From NCBI GenBank assembly GCA_902797345.1, contig CADBSL010000076.1, positions 1 through 27,820 on the forward strand: a stretch of DNA of 27,820 nt, read 5' to 3'. The notes below the pieces were generated by a model. The model saw nothing but the letters and a program-made list of their open reading frames with translations. It did not search any database and was not told the origin of the DNA. The translations under genes and the position numbers were made by a program. The DNA is from an uncultured Eubacteriales bacterium (GTDB lineage: Bacteria > Bacillota > Clostridia > Peptostreptococcales > Anaerovoracaceae). Shown one piece after another: positions 1-7,059 of the stretch (position 1 is its first letter; each line of letters begins with the position of its first letter).

Positions 1-1
1 C

Positions 2-892
2 CCCATGGCAGTCTGCATCGCCTCTGTATCCCTGGATCACATGGATTATCTGGGCAATACTTCGGCAGAGATCGCCTGGGAAAAGGCAGGGATCCTCAAA
101 CCCGGCGTGCCGCTGGTCTATGCATCTGAAGATCCGGACGTGATCCGGGTGCTGGAGGGGAAAGCCTCGGTAGTCGGTGCTCCGGTCTATCATATGCGGA
201 AGGAGAAGATCCATATCCGTGAGGATGCGGAAGATGGAGTGGGTTTTGATGCGGAGCTGGAAGGGAAGACCTTCACCGGATTGAAGACCGGGATGCCGGG
301 AGAACACCAGGCCATGAATGCCTTCTGCGCCCTCCAGATCCTTCGCCTTCTGGAACAGCTTCAGGGATTCTGCATCCCGGAGAAAGCCCTGAAAACGGGC
401 CTGAGAGAGGCGAAACAACCCGGGAGGATCGAAGTGTTGAATACCGATCCCACCATCGTTCTGGACGGCTCTCACAATGCAGACAGCGTGAAGGCCCTGT
501 GCGACTGGGTCCATGGCCGCTTCCGGCGGGAAGACCGGCTGCTGGTGGTCACAGGGGTTTTGAAGGATAAGGAATATGAGAAGATCGCCGGGATGCTGGC
601 GGAGATCGCATACGATCTGATCGTGACGGAGCCCGACAGCCCCCGAAAGCTGTCAGCCGGGGAGTACAGCGCCGTTTTGCAGCAAAAAGGAGCCGATCCG
701 AAACACGTGGAGATCTGCCGGGATCCCCAGTCAGCAGCAGAAAAAGCCCTCGAAAAACTGTCGAAGAAAAATGACGAAAATATTTTTTACAGGGGATTGA
801 TTTTTACCGGCTCCTTGTATATGATAGGGAAGGTCAGAAAGACCTTAAAACGATTATTGAATGACGGAGGTATGAAATATGTCCGCAAATAA
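2..892 (+). CDS. folC: Bifunctional folylpolyglutamate synthase/dihydrofolate synthase, C-terminal part (5' end lies outside the window)
   Basis: Motifs SLDHMDYLGNT..EIAWEKAGILK, GEHQAMNA, PGRIEV, VLDGSHNADS and FTGSLYMIG. The frame is open back to the window edge, so the ATG at 5 is internal. Confidence 0.93.
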   Translation, partial: PMAVCIASVSLDHMDYLGNTSAEIAWEKAGILKPGVPLVYASEDPDVIRVLEGKASVVGAPVYHMRKEKIHIREDAEDGVGFDAELEGKTFTGLKTGMPGEHQAMNAFCALQILRLLEQLQGFCIPEKALKTGLREAKQPGRIEVLNTDPTIVLDGSHNADSVKALCDWVHGRFRREDRLLVVTGVLKDKEYEKIAGMLAEIAYDLIVTEPDSPRKLSAGEYSAVLQQKGADPKHVEICRDPQSAAEKALEKLSKKNDENIFYRGLIFTGSLYMIGKVRKTLKRLLNDGGMKYVRK

Positions 893-1784
893 TGTTGTGT
901 TGTTATACAACAGTCATTCCGGGAAGAAGACCTTTGCTTCCCACCTGGATACGATCATCGGTCGGTTCCAGGATGCCGGGCTACAGATCATTCCCTTTAA
1001 AATCACCCGGGAACCGGAGCCCATTGCAGCATTCCTGGATTCACTGGATAAGGATTCCGTATCAAAAGTACTGATCGCCGGCGGAGATGGTTCGGTGGAT
1101 ATCTGCATCAATGCCATGGTCCAGGCGGATTACCACGCACCGATCGCGATCCTGCCTACGGGCACAGCCAACGACATGGCTCATCACCTGGAGATCCCCA
1201 CCTCACTGGACGGGATGCTGAGGATCGCCATGAGCAACTACACGATCCCTCTGGATATCGGGGAGATCAACGGAAAGTATTTCGTGAATGAAGCCAGTCT
1301 GGGTTCCATCATCGAAGTCAGCCAGAAAACAGACCAGCGGGTCAAGAACACCCTGGGTATGCTGGGCTATTATCTTCAGGGGATCCAGATGATCCCGGAG
1401 ATCAAACCCTTTAACGTAAAAGTGACGATCGACGGAGAGACCTCCGAGAAGAAGATTTTCATGATGTTCATCATGAACGGCAGTGTGATCGGCGGGTTTA
1501 AGGATGTTTCCCCGAAAGCTTCGGTCCATGACGGGAAGCTGGATGTGCTGATCTTCAAGGATTGCCCACCGCTGGAGTTCCTGAATACCGTCAATCTTTT
1601 CCTTCGCAGGACCCACTTCAAAAGCCCTTATGTGGAGTTTATCCGCACGGACAACGTCCTGATCGAGACGGAAAAGAAGAATACCGGCGTCGATATCGAT
1701 GGAGAAAAAGGGCCGGAATTCCCGCTGAATATCCGCATGTTGAAAGAACGTTTTCGGATCTGTGTGCATACAGCGATTCGATAA
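879..1784 (+). CDS. Diacylglycerol kinase-family (YegS/DagK/BmrU) lipid kinase
   Basis: Motifs YNSHSGK, AGGDGS, LPTGTANDMA, DGKLDV and DIDGE. 301 aa; overlaps folC by 14 nt. Confidence 0.92.
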   Translation: MSANNVVLLYNSHSGKKTFASHLDTIIGRFQDAGLQIIPFKITREPEPIAAFLDSLDKDSVSKVLIAGGDGSVDICINAMVQADYHAPIAILPTGTANDMAHHLEIPTSLDGMLRIAMSNYTIPLDIGEINGKYFVNEASLGSIIEVSQKTDQRVKNTLGMLGYYLQGIQMIPEIKPFNVKVTIDGETSEKKIFMMFIMNGSVIGGFKDVSPKASVHDGKLDVLIFKDCPPLEFLNTVNLFLRRTHFKSPYVEFIRTDNVLIETEKKNTGVDIDGEKGPEFPLNIRMLKERFRICVHTAIR

Positions 1785-1808
1785 AAGCAAAAGATTTTCA
1801 ATCACCGG

Positions 1809-1855
1809 ACTCTGCTGTATCATCCGTATAAGTGCTGAATGCAGCAGAGTTTTTT
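1809..1855 (+). terminator. Probable intrinsic terminator after the kinase gene
   Basis: ACTCTGCTGTAT (1809-1820) pairs with ATGCAGCAGAGT (1839-1850) with one G-U pair, and the 3' arm runs into a T6 tract. Confidence 0.65.
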
Positions 1856-1877
1856 ATTACAGAGAAGAGAGTGTATT

Positions 1878-2819
1878 ATGTTTCTTGCGAAAGACAGTTT
1901 CGTGAAAGGGGCCTTCCTGTCGGCTTTGGGCGGGGTGTGCTGGGCCCTGTCCGGCACCTTCGGTCAGTATCTGTTTGAGGTAGGGGGATTCGACGCGGTG
2001 TGGCTCACCACCGTGCGGCTGTTGGCTGCCGGCGTCATCATGCTGGCCATTTCCTTTGCCAAAAAAGGGAGAAGCACCGTCTTTCTTTGGAAGGAAAGGC
2101 TGGACCGGATCGAGCTTTTATTATACGGACTATTGGGGATGGCCGGTGTCCAGATCACCTATTTCGGCGCCATCCAGTTCTCCAATGCCGCCACCGGTAC
2201 CCTGATCCAGTATACCGGTTCGGTCATCATCGTGATCTACGTGGCCCTTCGGGCCTTCCATCTGCCCAATAAATCCGAAATGATCGCAGTGCTTTTGGCA
2301 GTCGGCGGATTATTCCTTTTGTCGACTCACGGAGATATCCACACACTGGTTTTTTCCAGGAACGCATTGATCGTCGGTTTGATGTCAGCGGTTTTGATGG
2401 CCTTTTATTCTCTGGAGCCCCGGCGGCTCCTGCACAAGTTCGATACTCTCCGGGTCAATGGCTGGGGAATGATGCTGGGAGGGATCCTCATGTTCTTCAT
2501 CCGTCAGCCCTGGGAACTGGGAGGAGGCACGCTGGACTTCAAATGTCTGTTGGCCACCGGAGGGGTCGTCCTCTTTGGGACCATCCTGTCCTTCTTCTTC
2601 TTTATGGAAGGGGTTCGGATCATCGGTTCGGATCTGGCTGTGTTATATGCTGCGGTAGAACCGTTGACGGCCGCCATCGTCGGCATCCTTTGGTTCGGCA
2701 TCCCCTTTGGTCTGATCGATTGGATCGGCGCCGCCATGATCGTATCGACGGTATTCATCATATCCCTGGCGCCCAGGTGGGGGAAGGGGAAATACGGAAG
2801 CGGCGAGCCAGAAGCTTGA
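1878..2819 (+). CDS. EamA/DMT-family inner membrane transporter (YicL-like)
   Basis: About ten hydrophobic segments in two EamA repeats; motifs WALSGTFGQYLF, YFGAIQFSNAATGTLIQY and AVEPLTAAIVG. Start placed at ATG 1878 because the ATG at 1839 lies inside the terminator. Confidence 0.88.
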   Translation: MFLAKDSFVKGAFLSALGGVCWALSGTFGQYLFEVGGFDAVWLTTVRLLAAGVIMLAISFAKKGRSTVFLWKERLDRIELLLYGLLGMAGVQITYFGAIQFSNAATGTLIQYTGSVIIVIYVALRAFHLPNKSEMIAVLLAVGGLFLLSTHGDIHTLVFSRNALIVGLMSAVLMAFYSLEPRRLLHKFDTLRVNGWGMMLGGILMFFIRQPWELGGGTLDFKCLLATGGVVLFGTILSFFFFMEGVRIIGSDLAVLYAAVEPLTAAIVGILWFGIPFGLIDWIGAAMIVSTVFIISLAPRWGKGKYGSGEPEA

Positions 2820-2831
2820 AGCTTGAAGCAA
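2811..2831 (+). repeat. Heptamer tandem repeat (GAAGCTT x2 + GAAGCAA) overlapping the EamA stop codon
   Basis: Read directly: GAAGCTT GAAGCTT GAAGCAA; the stop TGA is at 2817-2819. Confidence 0.75.
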
Positions 2832-2840
2832 AAGGGTATA

Positions 2841-2880
2841 ACAAAAGGAACGGTGATGTTCAACCGTTCCTTTATTGTTT
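2841..2880. terminator. Bidirectional intrinsic terminator between convergent genes
   Basis: Perfect 11-bp stem AAAGGAACGGT (2844-2854) / ACCGTTCCTTT (2863-2873) with an 8-nt loop, an A-rich 5' flank and a T-rich 3' flank. Confidence 0.8.
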
Positions 2881-2887
2881 CGATATT

Positions 2888-2929
2888 CAGCTCCCTGCTG
2901 CCAGCTCTAAACTCCGAGCTCCTCACTCC
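2888..2929. repeat. Degenerate heptamer array, 6 units, consensus nAGCTCC
   Basis: CAGCTCC CTGCTGC CAGCTCT AAACTCC GAGCTCC TCACTCC. Confidence 0.65.
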
Positions 2930-2933
2930 CAAT

Positions 2934-2960
2934 CGTCATCCTGAGCGAAACGAAGGATCT
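2934..2960 (+). repeat. CGTC-tagged REP-like palindromic element
   Basis: CGTCATCCTGAGCGAAACGAAGGATCT: a CGTC tag followed by an ATCCT/AGGAT stem with an inner CG-AAA-CG. From memory it resembles the widespread GTCATCCTGAGCGnAGCGAAGGATCT repeat family. Only one copy is in the window. Confidence 0.6.
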
Positions 2961-2965
2961 TTTTT

Positions 2966-3000
2966 CATCTTCAGACTTCAGTCTTAAGACTATAGACTAC
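2966..3000. repeat. Degenerate heptamer array, 5 units, overlapping the DUF1846 stop codon
   Basis: CATCTTC AGACTTC AGTCTTA AGACTAT AGACTAC; the minus-strand TAG stop is at 2997-2999. Confidence 0.65.
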
Positions 3001-4508
3001 ACATAAAACAGATTCTGGGACTGGAAGACCGGGTCACAGGTACAGTCGATCCCCAGATCCAGCAGAGCCATTTCCGTGTTTTTGTTCATTAATACAGTGC
3101 TGTGGGCCTTGCAGTCTCTCAGGAGAGACAGCTTTTCCAGCGCCAGCTGCGCGGTGGGGTTGGTGGCCGCGCAGATGGTCAGTGCGATCAGCATTTCCCC
3201 CAGATCCAACGTCGCCTGGTCCTTCCGGCGGACATTGCACTTGAGATACTGGATCGGATCCAGTACGACCGGCGAGATCAGATGAAGTTCATCCGCCAGC
3301 CCGGCCAGTTCCTTGATCCCGTTCAGGATGCAGGCAGAGGCTGCATCCATGACCTTGGAGCTTTTGCCGGTAACGATGGCGCCGTCAGGCAGCTCCAGCG
3401 CCATGACAGAGATCTGATTGTTTTCGTCGATGGATTTGTTTTCCTGTTCCGCCTTTTCCCGGGCCGGCACCACGACCTTTCGGTCTTCCTCCCGGAGATT
3501 GTAGTCGTCCATCAAAAGCTTCGCTTTATCCAATGCTTCTGCCGTCAGCTTGCCCACCTTATAATCGCACTTGGCGATCAAATAGCGGCGGATGATCTCC
3601 TGAAGGGAAGCCTCCCGGACCACTTCATCGTCGGTGATGGCGAATCCTACCCGGTTGACACCCATATCGGTCGGAGACTGATAAACGGATTCTTCGCCGG
3701 TGATCCTCTCGATGATCCGCTTGATCACCGGGAACATTTCCAGATCCCGGTTATAGTTCACCGCTTTGACGCCGTGGGCCTCCAGGTGGAAGGAGTCGAT
3801 CATGTTCACATCGTTCAGGTCGATGGTGGCGGCTTCGTATGCGGCGTTGAGAGGGTGCTTCAGCGGTATATTCCATACCGGGAAGGTCTCGAATTTTGAA
3901 TAAGCCACTTTCCGGCCCAGCTTATTTTCATGGTAGAGCTGGCTCAGGCAGGTGGCCAGTTTCCCGCTCCCGGGGCCGGGGCCGGTGACCGCTACGATGG
4001 GCTTTGTGGTGACGATGTAAGGGTTGGCACCGTAGCCTTCGTCGCTGACGATCTTTTCCACATCCGTGGGGTAGCCGGCGGTCTTTTTGTGAGTATATAC
4101 TTTGATATTCCGTCTCAGGAGCTTGGTGATGAACGCATCCGTCGCCGGGTGAGGAGTATAGCGGGTGATGACCACGCTGTTGACACTGAGCTCGTAACTG
4201 CGGAAATCATCGATCAGTTTCAGGACTTCCGCATCATATGTGATCCCAAAATCGTGGCGGGTCTTGTTCCGCTCGATATCGCCGGAGTAGATGCATATAA
4301 TGATCTCCAGCTGGTCCTTCAGACGGGACAGAAGTTTGATCTTCGCATTTTCGTCAAAGCCGGGCAGGACCCGCTTGGCGTGTTTGTCGTAGATCAGTTT
4401 TCCCCCGAATTCGATGTACAGACGCTGTCCGTCGTTAATGCGCTCCAGAATGTATTTGGATTGTTCCTCCAAATACTTTTCCGGATCAAATCCCCGTTTT
4501 CCGCTCAT
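2997..4508 (-). CDS. DUF1846 (UPF0371) family protein
   Basis: N-terminus [29 protein letters not shown]-loop-like [21 protein letters not shown] and [10 protein letters not shown]. Start placed at ATG 4508 (SD GGGAGG 7-8 nt upstream); the ATG at 4514 is too close to the SD. Confidence 0.9.
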   Translation of the reverse strand: MSGKRGFDPEKYLEEQSKYILERINDGQRLYIEFGGKLIYDKHAKRVLPGFDENAKIKLLSRLKDQLEIIICIYSGDIERNKTRHDFGITYDAEVLKLIDDFRSYELSVNSVVITRYTPHPATDAFITKLLRRNIKVYTHKKTAGYPTDVEKIVSDEGYGANPYIVTTKPIVAVTGPGPGSGKLATCLSQLYHENKLGRKVAYSKFETFPVWNIPLKHPLNAAYEAATIDLNDVNMIDSFHLEAHGVKAVNYNRDLEMFPVIKRIIERITGEESVYQSPTDMGVNRVGFAITDDEVVREASLQEIIRRYLIAKCDYKVGKLTAEALDKAKLLMDDYNLREEDRKVVVPAREKAEQENKSIDENNQISVMALELPDGAIVTGKSSKVMDAASACILNGIKELAGLADELHLISPVVLDPIQYLKCNVRRKDQATLDLGEMLIALTICAATNPTAQLALEKLSLLRDCKAHSTVLMNKNTEMALLDLGIDCTCDPVFQSQNLFYV

Positions 4509-4603
4509 TGCCATAACCTCCCTTATTCCTTTTCTCCTTACGAAAGGCCGTCAGAACGACCATTTAATTATTTTAATCGAAATCCACATCAATGTACAGG
4601 AAT

Positions 4604-4633
4604 ATTTTATCATACTTTTCTAGATAATTACAA
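4604..4633 (-). promoter_or_regulatory. Putative sigmaA promoter for DUF1846
   Basis: Minus strand TTGTAA (4633-4628), 18 nt, TAAAAT (4609-4604), with an extended -10 TGn. Confidence 0.45.
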
Positions 4634-4637
4634 TTAT
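4624..4637. promoter_or_regulatory. Palindromic candidate operator ATAATT-AC-AATTAT
   Basis: Perfect 6-2-6 palindrome. The 9-mer ATAATTACA recurs at 4671-4679. Confidence 0.4.
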
Positions 4638-4640
4638 TTA

Positions 4641-4669
4641 TTGACAGATCGGGCAGAATAAATTATAGT
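4641..4669 (+). promoter_or_regulatory. sigmaA/sigma70-type promoter for the HTH gene
   Basis: TTGACA (4641-4646), 17 nt, TATAGT (4664-4669): near-consensus. Confidence 0.75.
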
Positions 4670-4718
4670 AATAATTACATAATATAACAATAATGAGAAT
4701 ATAAAGGAGGGAGTAGGA

Positions 4719-5093
4719 GTGGAGTGGAACAGGATCCTTCAGGAATACGAACAAAGCCGAAGTCGGATCTCCCGGAAGATCGGCGAAGAAACGAACGAAG
4801 AAGAAAAAGAGATGCTCCGGGAAATGTATGAACAACTGACCGAGGATATCCGCTCAGTACGAAAAAATTCTTTGGACGAACTGCAGATCTTTCTGGATCA
4901 GTACGGGGAAGAACTGTTGACGCCCCGGCAGATGCAGGTACTGACGCTAAGGGCCCGGGGACTGTCGATGAGCCGGATCGGAACGGAATTGGGGATCTCC
5001 AAAACCGCCGTGCAAAAGTCGATCCGTCTCAGCGAGAAGAAGATCCGAGACTTTTCGGAAGACCGGGGAGGTGTGGCAGCCTATGTATCTTGA
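4719..5093 (+). CDS. Small sigma70-region-4-type helix-turn-helix protein (Xpf/Tfx/YlxM-like)
   Basis: C-terminal LTPRQMQVLTLRARGLSMSRIGTELGISKTAVQKSIRLSEKKI is a region-4/LuxR-type HTH, preceded by a helical N-terminus. GTG start with SD AAGGAGG 8 nt upstream. Confidence 0.8.
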   Translation: MEWNRILQEYEQSRSRISRKIGEETNEEEKEMLREMYEQLTEDIRSVRKNSLDELQIFLDQYGEELLTPRQMQVLTLRARGLSMSRIGTELGISKTAVQKSIRLSEKKIRDFSEDRGGVAAYVS

Positions 5094-5304
5094 GGAGTAC
5101 ATCCGAAGTGCCTTACCGGAGGCGGAAAGCGGGCCCCCTGTGGCCGTAAAGGGTAAGGCGGAGGGCCTGGATCGGTTGACTGACGACCCGAGTCTGCAGT
5201 CACTGTGGGGGATCTTCCAGGAGCCCAAAGGACAGGCGGAGATCCGACGGATCGCCCGAAGAGAGAACGGAGGATCTCACTGGATTTTTGAAATAGAGTA
5301 TTGA
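5083..5304 (+). CDS. Hypothetical 73-aa protein
   Basis: ATG 5083 overlaps the end of the HTH gene by 11 nt, and GGAGG is at 5067-5071 (GTG 5071 is an alternative start). No family recognised. Confidence 0.5.
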   Translation: MYLEEYIRSALPEAESGPPVAVKGKAEGLDRLTDDPSLQSLWGIFQEPKGQAEIRRIARRENGGSHWIFEIEY

Positions 5305-5328
5305 TTTGCCCTGCGAATTATGTATAAT
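5301..5328 (+). promoter_or_regulatory. Putative sigmaA promoter for the ACP gene
   Basis: TTGATT (5301-5306), 16 nt, TATAAT (5323-5328). Confidence 0.55.
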
Positions 5329-5363
5329 ACCCTTTAGGATGACACTCGAAGGGAGATGGAAGA

Positions 5364-5588
5364 ATGATTGAACAAATCAAAGAGTATATGGTCACCAATT
5401 TCCAGATCGATGAATCCGCCATCAAGCCGGATGCTCACCTGATCGATGATCTGCAGTTGACCAGCCTGGATATTATGGACATCGCCATGTATATCGAAGA
5501 CGAATTCGGTATCGTACTGGACGAAGAAGATCTTGCGGACGTGTCCACGGTGCAGTCCTTTGTGGAACTGCTGGAAAAACAGGAATAA
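5364..5588 (+). CDS. Acyl/peptidyl carrier protein (phosphopantetheine attachment domain)
   Basis: 74 aa and very acidic. DDLQLTSLDIMDIAMYIEDEFGI and TVQSFV match the ACP pattern (DLGxDSLD..IEDEFGI..TV). Confidence 0.85.
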   Translation: MIEQIKEYMVTNFQIDESAIKPDAHLIDDLQLTSLDIMDIAMYIEDEFGIVLDEEDLADVSTVQSFVELLEKQE

Positions 5589-5608
5589 GACATCCACTAT
5601 TGACCTGA

Positions 5609-5634
5609 AGCCTGCGTAAACCGCAGGCTCTTTT
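5609..5634 (+). terminator. Intrinsic terminator after the ACP gene
   Basis: AGCCTGCG-TAAAC-CGCAGGCT followed by CTTTT. Confidence 0.8.
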
Positions 5635-5667
5635 ATTGAAATAATGTTAGGATAATAGGTCGGAGTA

Positions 5668-5676
5668 TGATATAAT
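5668..5676 (+). promoter_or_regulatory. Extended -10 promoter element for the miaB operon
   Basis: TGA-TATAAT in an AT-rich gap about 40 nt upstream of the start; the -35 is weak. Confidence 0.5.
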
Positions 5677-5715
5677 TTAAATTTAAGGAATAGTTAATAT
5701 TAAGGAGAGAATCTA

Positions 5716-7059
5716 TTGAGAGAGAAGTTTTATCATATCATGACTTTCGGGTGCCAGATGAATGAACATGATTCGGAGATCATGGCCGGACTGCTGGAGA
5801 ATATGGGCTACCGGGAGGCGCCCAAGCGATCGGATGCGGACATTATCCTCATCAACACCTGCAGCATCCGGGAAAATGCGGACAAACGGTTCTTCGGCAG
5901 CCTGGGGCAGCTGAAGCGGCTCCACCGGGAAAAGCCCGGGATGATCGTGGGGGTCTGCGGGTGTATGATGCAGCAGGAACACATCATCGATGCCATCAAA
6001 AAGAAATACAGCTGGGTGGATCTGGTGTTCGGGACCCACAATATCCATGAGCTGCCTGAACTCATCACCCAAATACTCAATGAACGGCAGAAGGTCGTTT
6101 CGGTGTGGCAGGAGCACCGGGGGATCTTCGAAGGGCTTCCGGCCAAACGCCGGTATCCCTTTAAGGCCTTTGTGAATATCACGTACGGGTGCAATAACTT
6201 CTGCACGTATTGCATCGTTCCCTATACCCGGGGACGGGAGCGGAGCCGCCGGCCGGAGGATATCCTGAAAGAGATCCGTGAACTGGCGGACAGCGGTGTC
6301 CGGGAAGTGATGCTGCTGGGGCAGAACGTGAATTCCTATGGTCTGGCAGACGGTTTCGACATGGATTTTGCTGACCTGATCTACGCGGTGAACGAGATCG
6401 AAGGGATCGAACGGATCCGGTTCATGACCTCACACCCCAAGGATCTGTCGGACAAACTGATCGGTGCTTACCGGGATTGTGAAAAGCTGGCCTGCCACAT
6501 CCATCTTCCGGTACAGGCCGGGAGCGACCGAGTGCTGAAGAGAATGAATCGAAAATATACCAGGGGATCATACCTGGAACTGATCAGAAAGCTTCGGGAG
6601 GCCACAGAGGGCCGGATCGCCATTACCACCGACATCATCGTGGGGTTCCCCGGGGAGACCGAAGAGGATTTCCGGGAAACCCTGTCCCTGATGGAAGAAG
6701 TCAAATACGACTCCGCCTTCACCTTCCTGTATTCCCCCAGACCCGGTACGCCGGCGGCGGAGTATGAGGACCAGATCCCGGAACCGGTGAAGCATGACCG
6801 CTTTGAGCGGATGAGGGAGATCCTGGACGAGGGAATGGCGGAGAACAACGCAGTCTATGAGGGACGGATCGAAAAAGTGCTGGTGGAAGGCCCCAGCCGA
6901 AAGAATCGCAAAACCCTGACGGGTCGGACAGAATCCATGAAGATCGTGAATTTTGAAGGACGGCCGGAAATGATCGGCCAGATCGTCCCTGTGAGGATCA
7001 CCGAGGCAAAGACCTACAGCCTGGTGGGAGAGGTGATGGAATGGGATACACGCCAATGA
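5716..7059 (+). CDS. miaB: tRNA-2-methylthio-N6-dimethylallyladenosine synthase
   Basis: TFGCQMNEHDSE, NTCSIRENA, GCMMQ, radical-SAM CNNFCTYC and a C-terminal TRAM domain. TTG start with SD AAGGAG. Confidence 0.97.
   Translation: MREKFYHIMTFGCQMNEHDSEIMAGLLENMGYREAPKRSDADIILINTCSIRENADKRFFGSLGQLKRLHREKPGMIVGVCGCMMQQEHIIDAIKKKYSWVDLVFGTHNIHELPELITQILNERQKVVSVWQEHRGIFEGLPAKRRYPFKAFVNITYGCNNFCTYCIVPYTRGRERSRRPEDILKEIRELADSGVREVMLLGQNVNSYGLADGFDMDFADLIYAVNEIEGIERIRFMTSHPKDLSDKLIGAYRDCEKLACHIHLPVQAGSDRVLKRMNRKYTRGSYLELIRKLREATEGRIAITTDIIVGFPGETEEDFRETLSLMEEVKYDSAFTFLYSPRPGTPAAEYEDQIPEPVKHDRFERMREILDEGMAENNAVYEGRIEKVLVEGPSRKNRKTLTGRTESMKIVNFEGRPEMIGQIVPVRITEAKTYSLVGEVMEWDTRQ

Noticed and set aside
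2811-3000. Possible mini-CRISPR array
   Set aside because: The units are 7 nt with no unique spacers, the 27-nt palindrome occurs once, and there are no cas genes.
4672-4699. Possible dif site: the minus strand contains TATATTATGTAA, matching the spacer end and XerD arm of the B. subtilis dif as I recall it, in a window with a Xer-like recombinase and terminus-type genes
   Set aside because: The other arm (TTCTCATTATT) lacks the inner ATAA/AGAA at a 6-bp spacing, the region is very AT-rich, and gene orientation does not switch here. A dif profile scan plus GC-skew analysis would settle it.
5330-5353. CCCTTT/GAAGGG pairing that could mask the ACP SD
   Set aside because: The 5' arm lies at or before the predicted start site (-10 at 5323-5328), so it is largely not transcribed, and the stem is only 6 bp.
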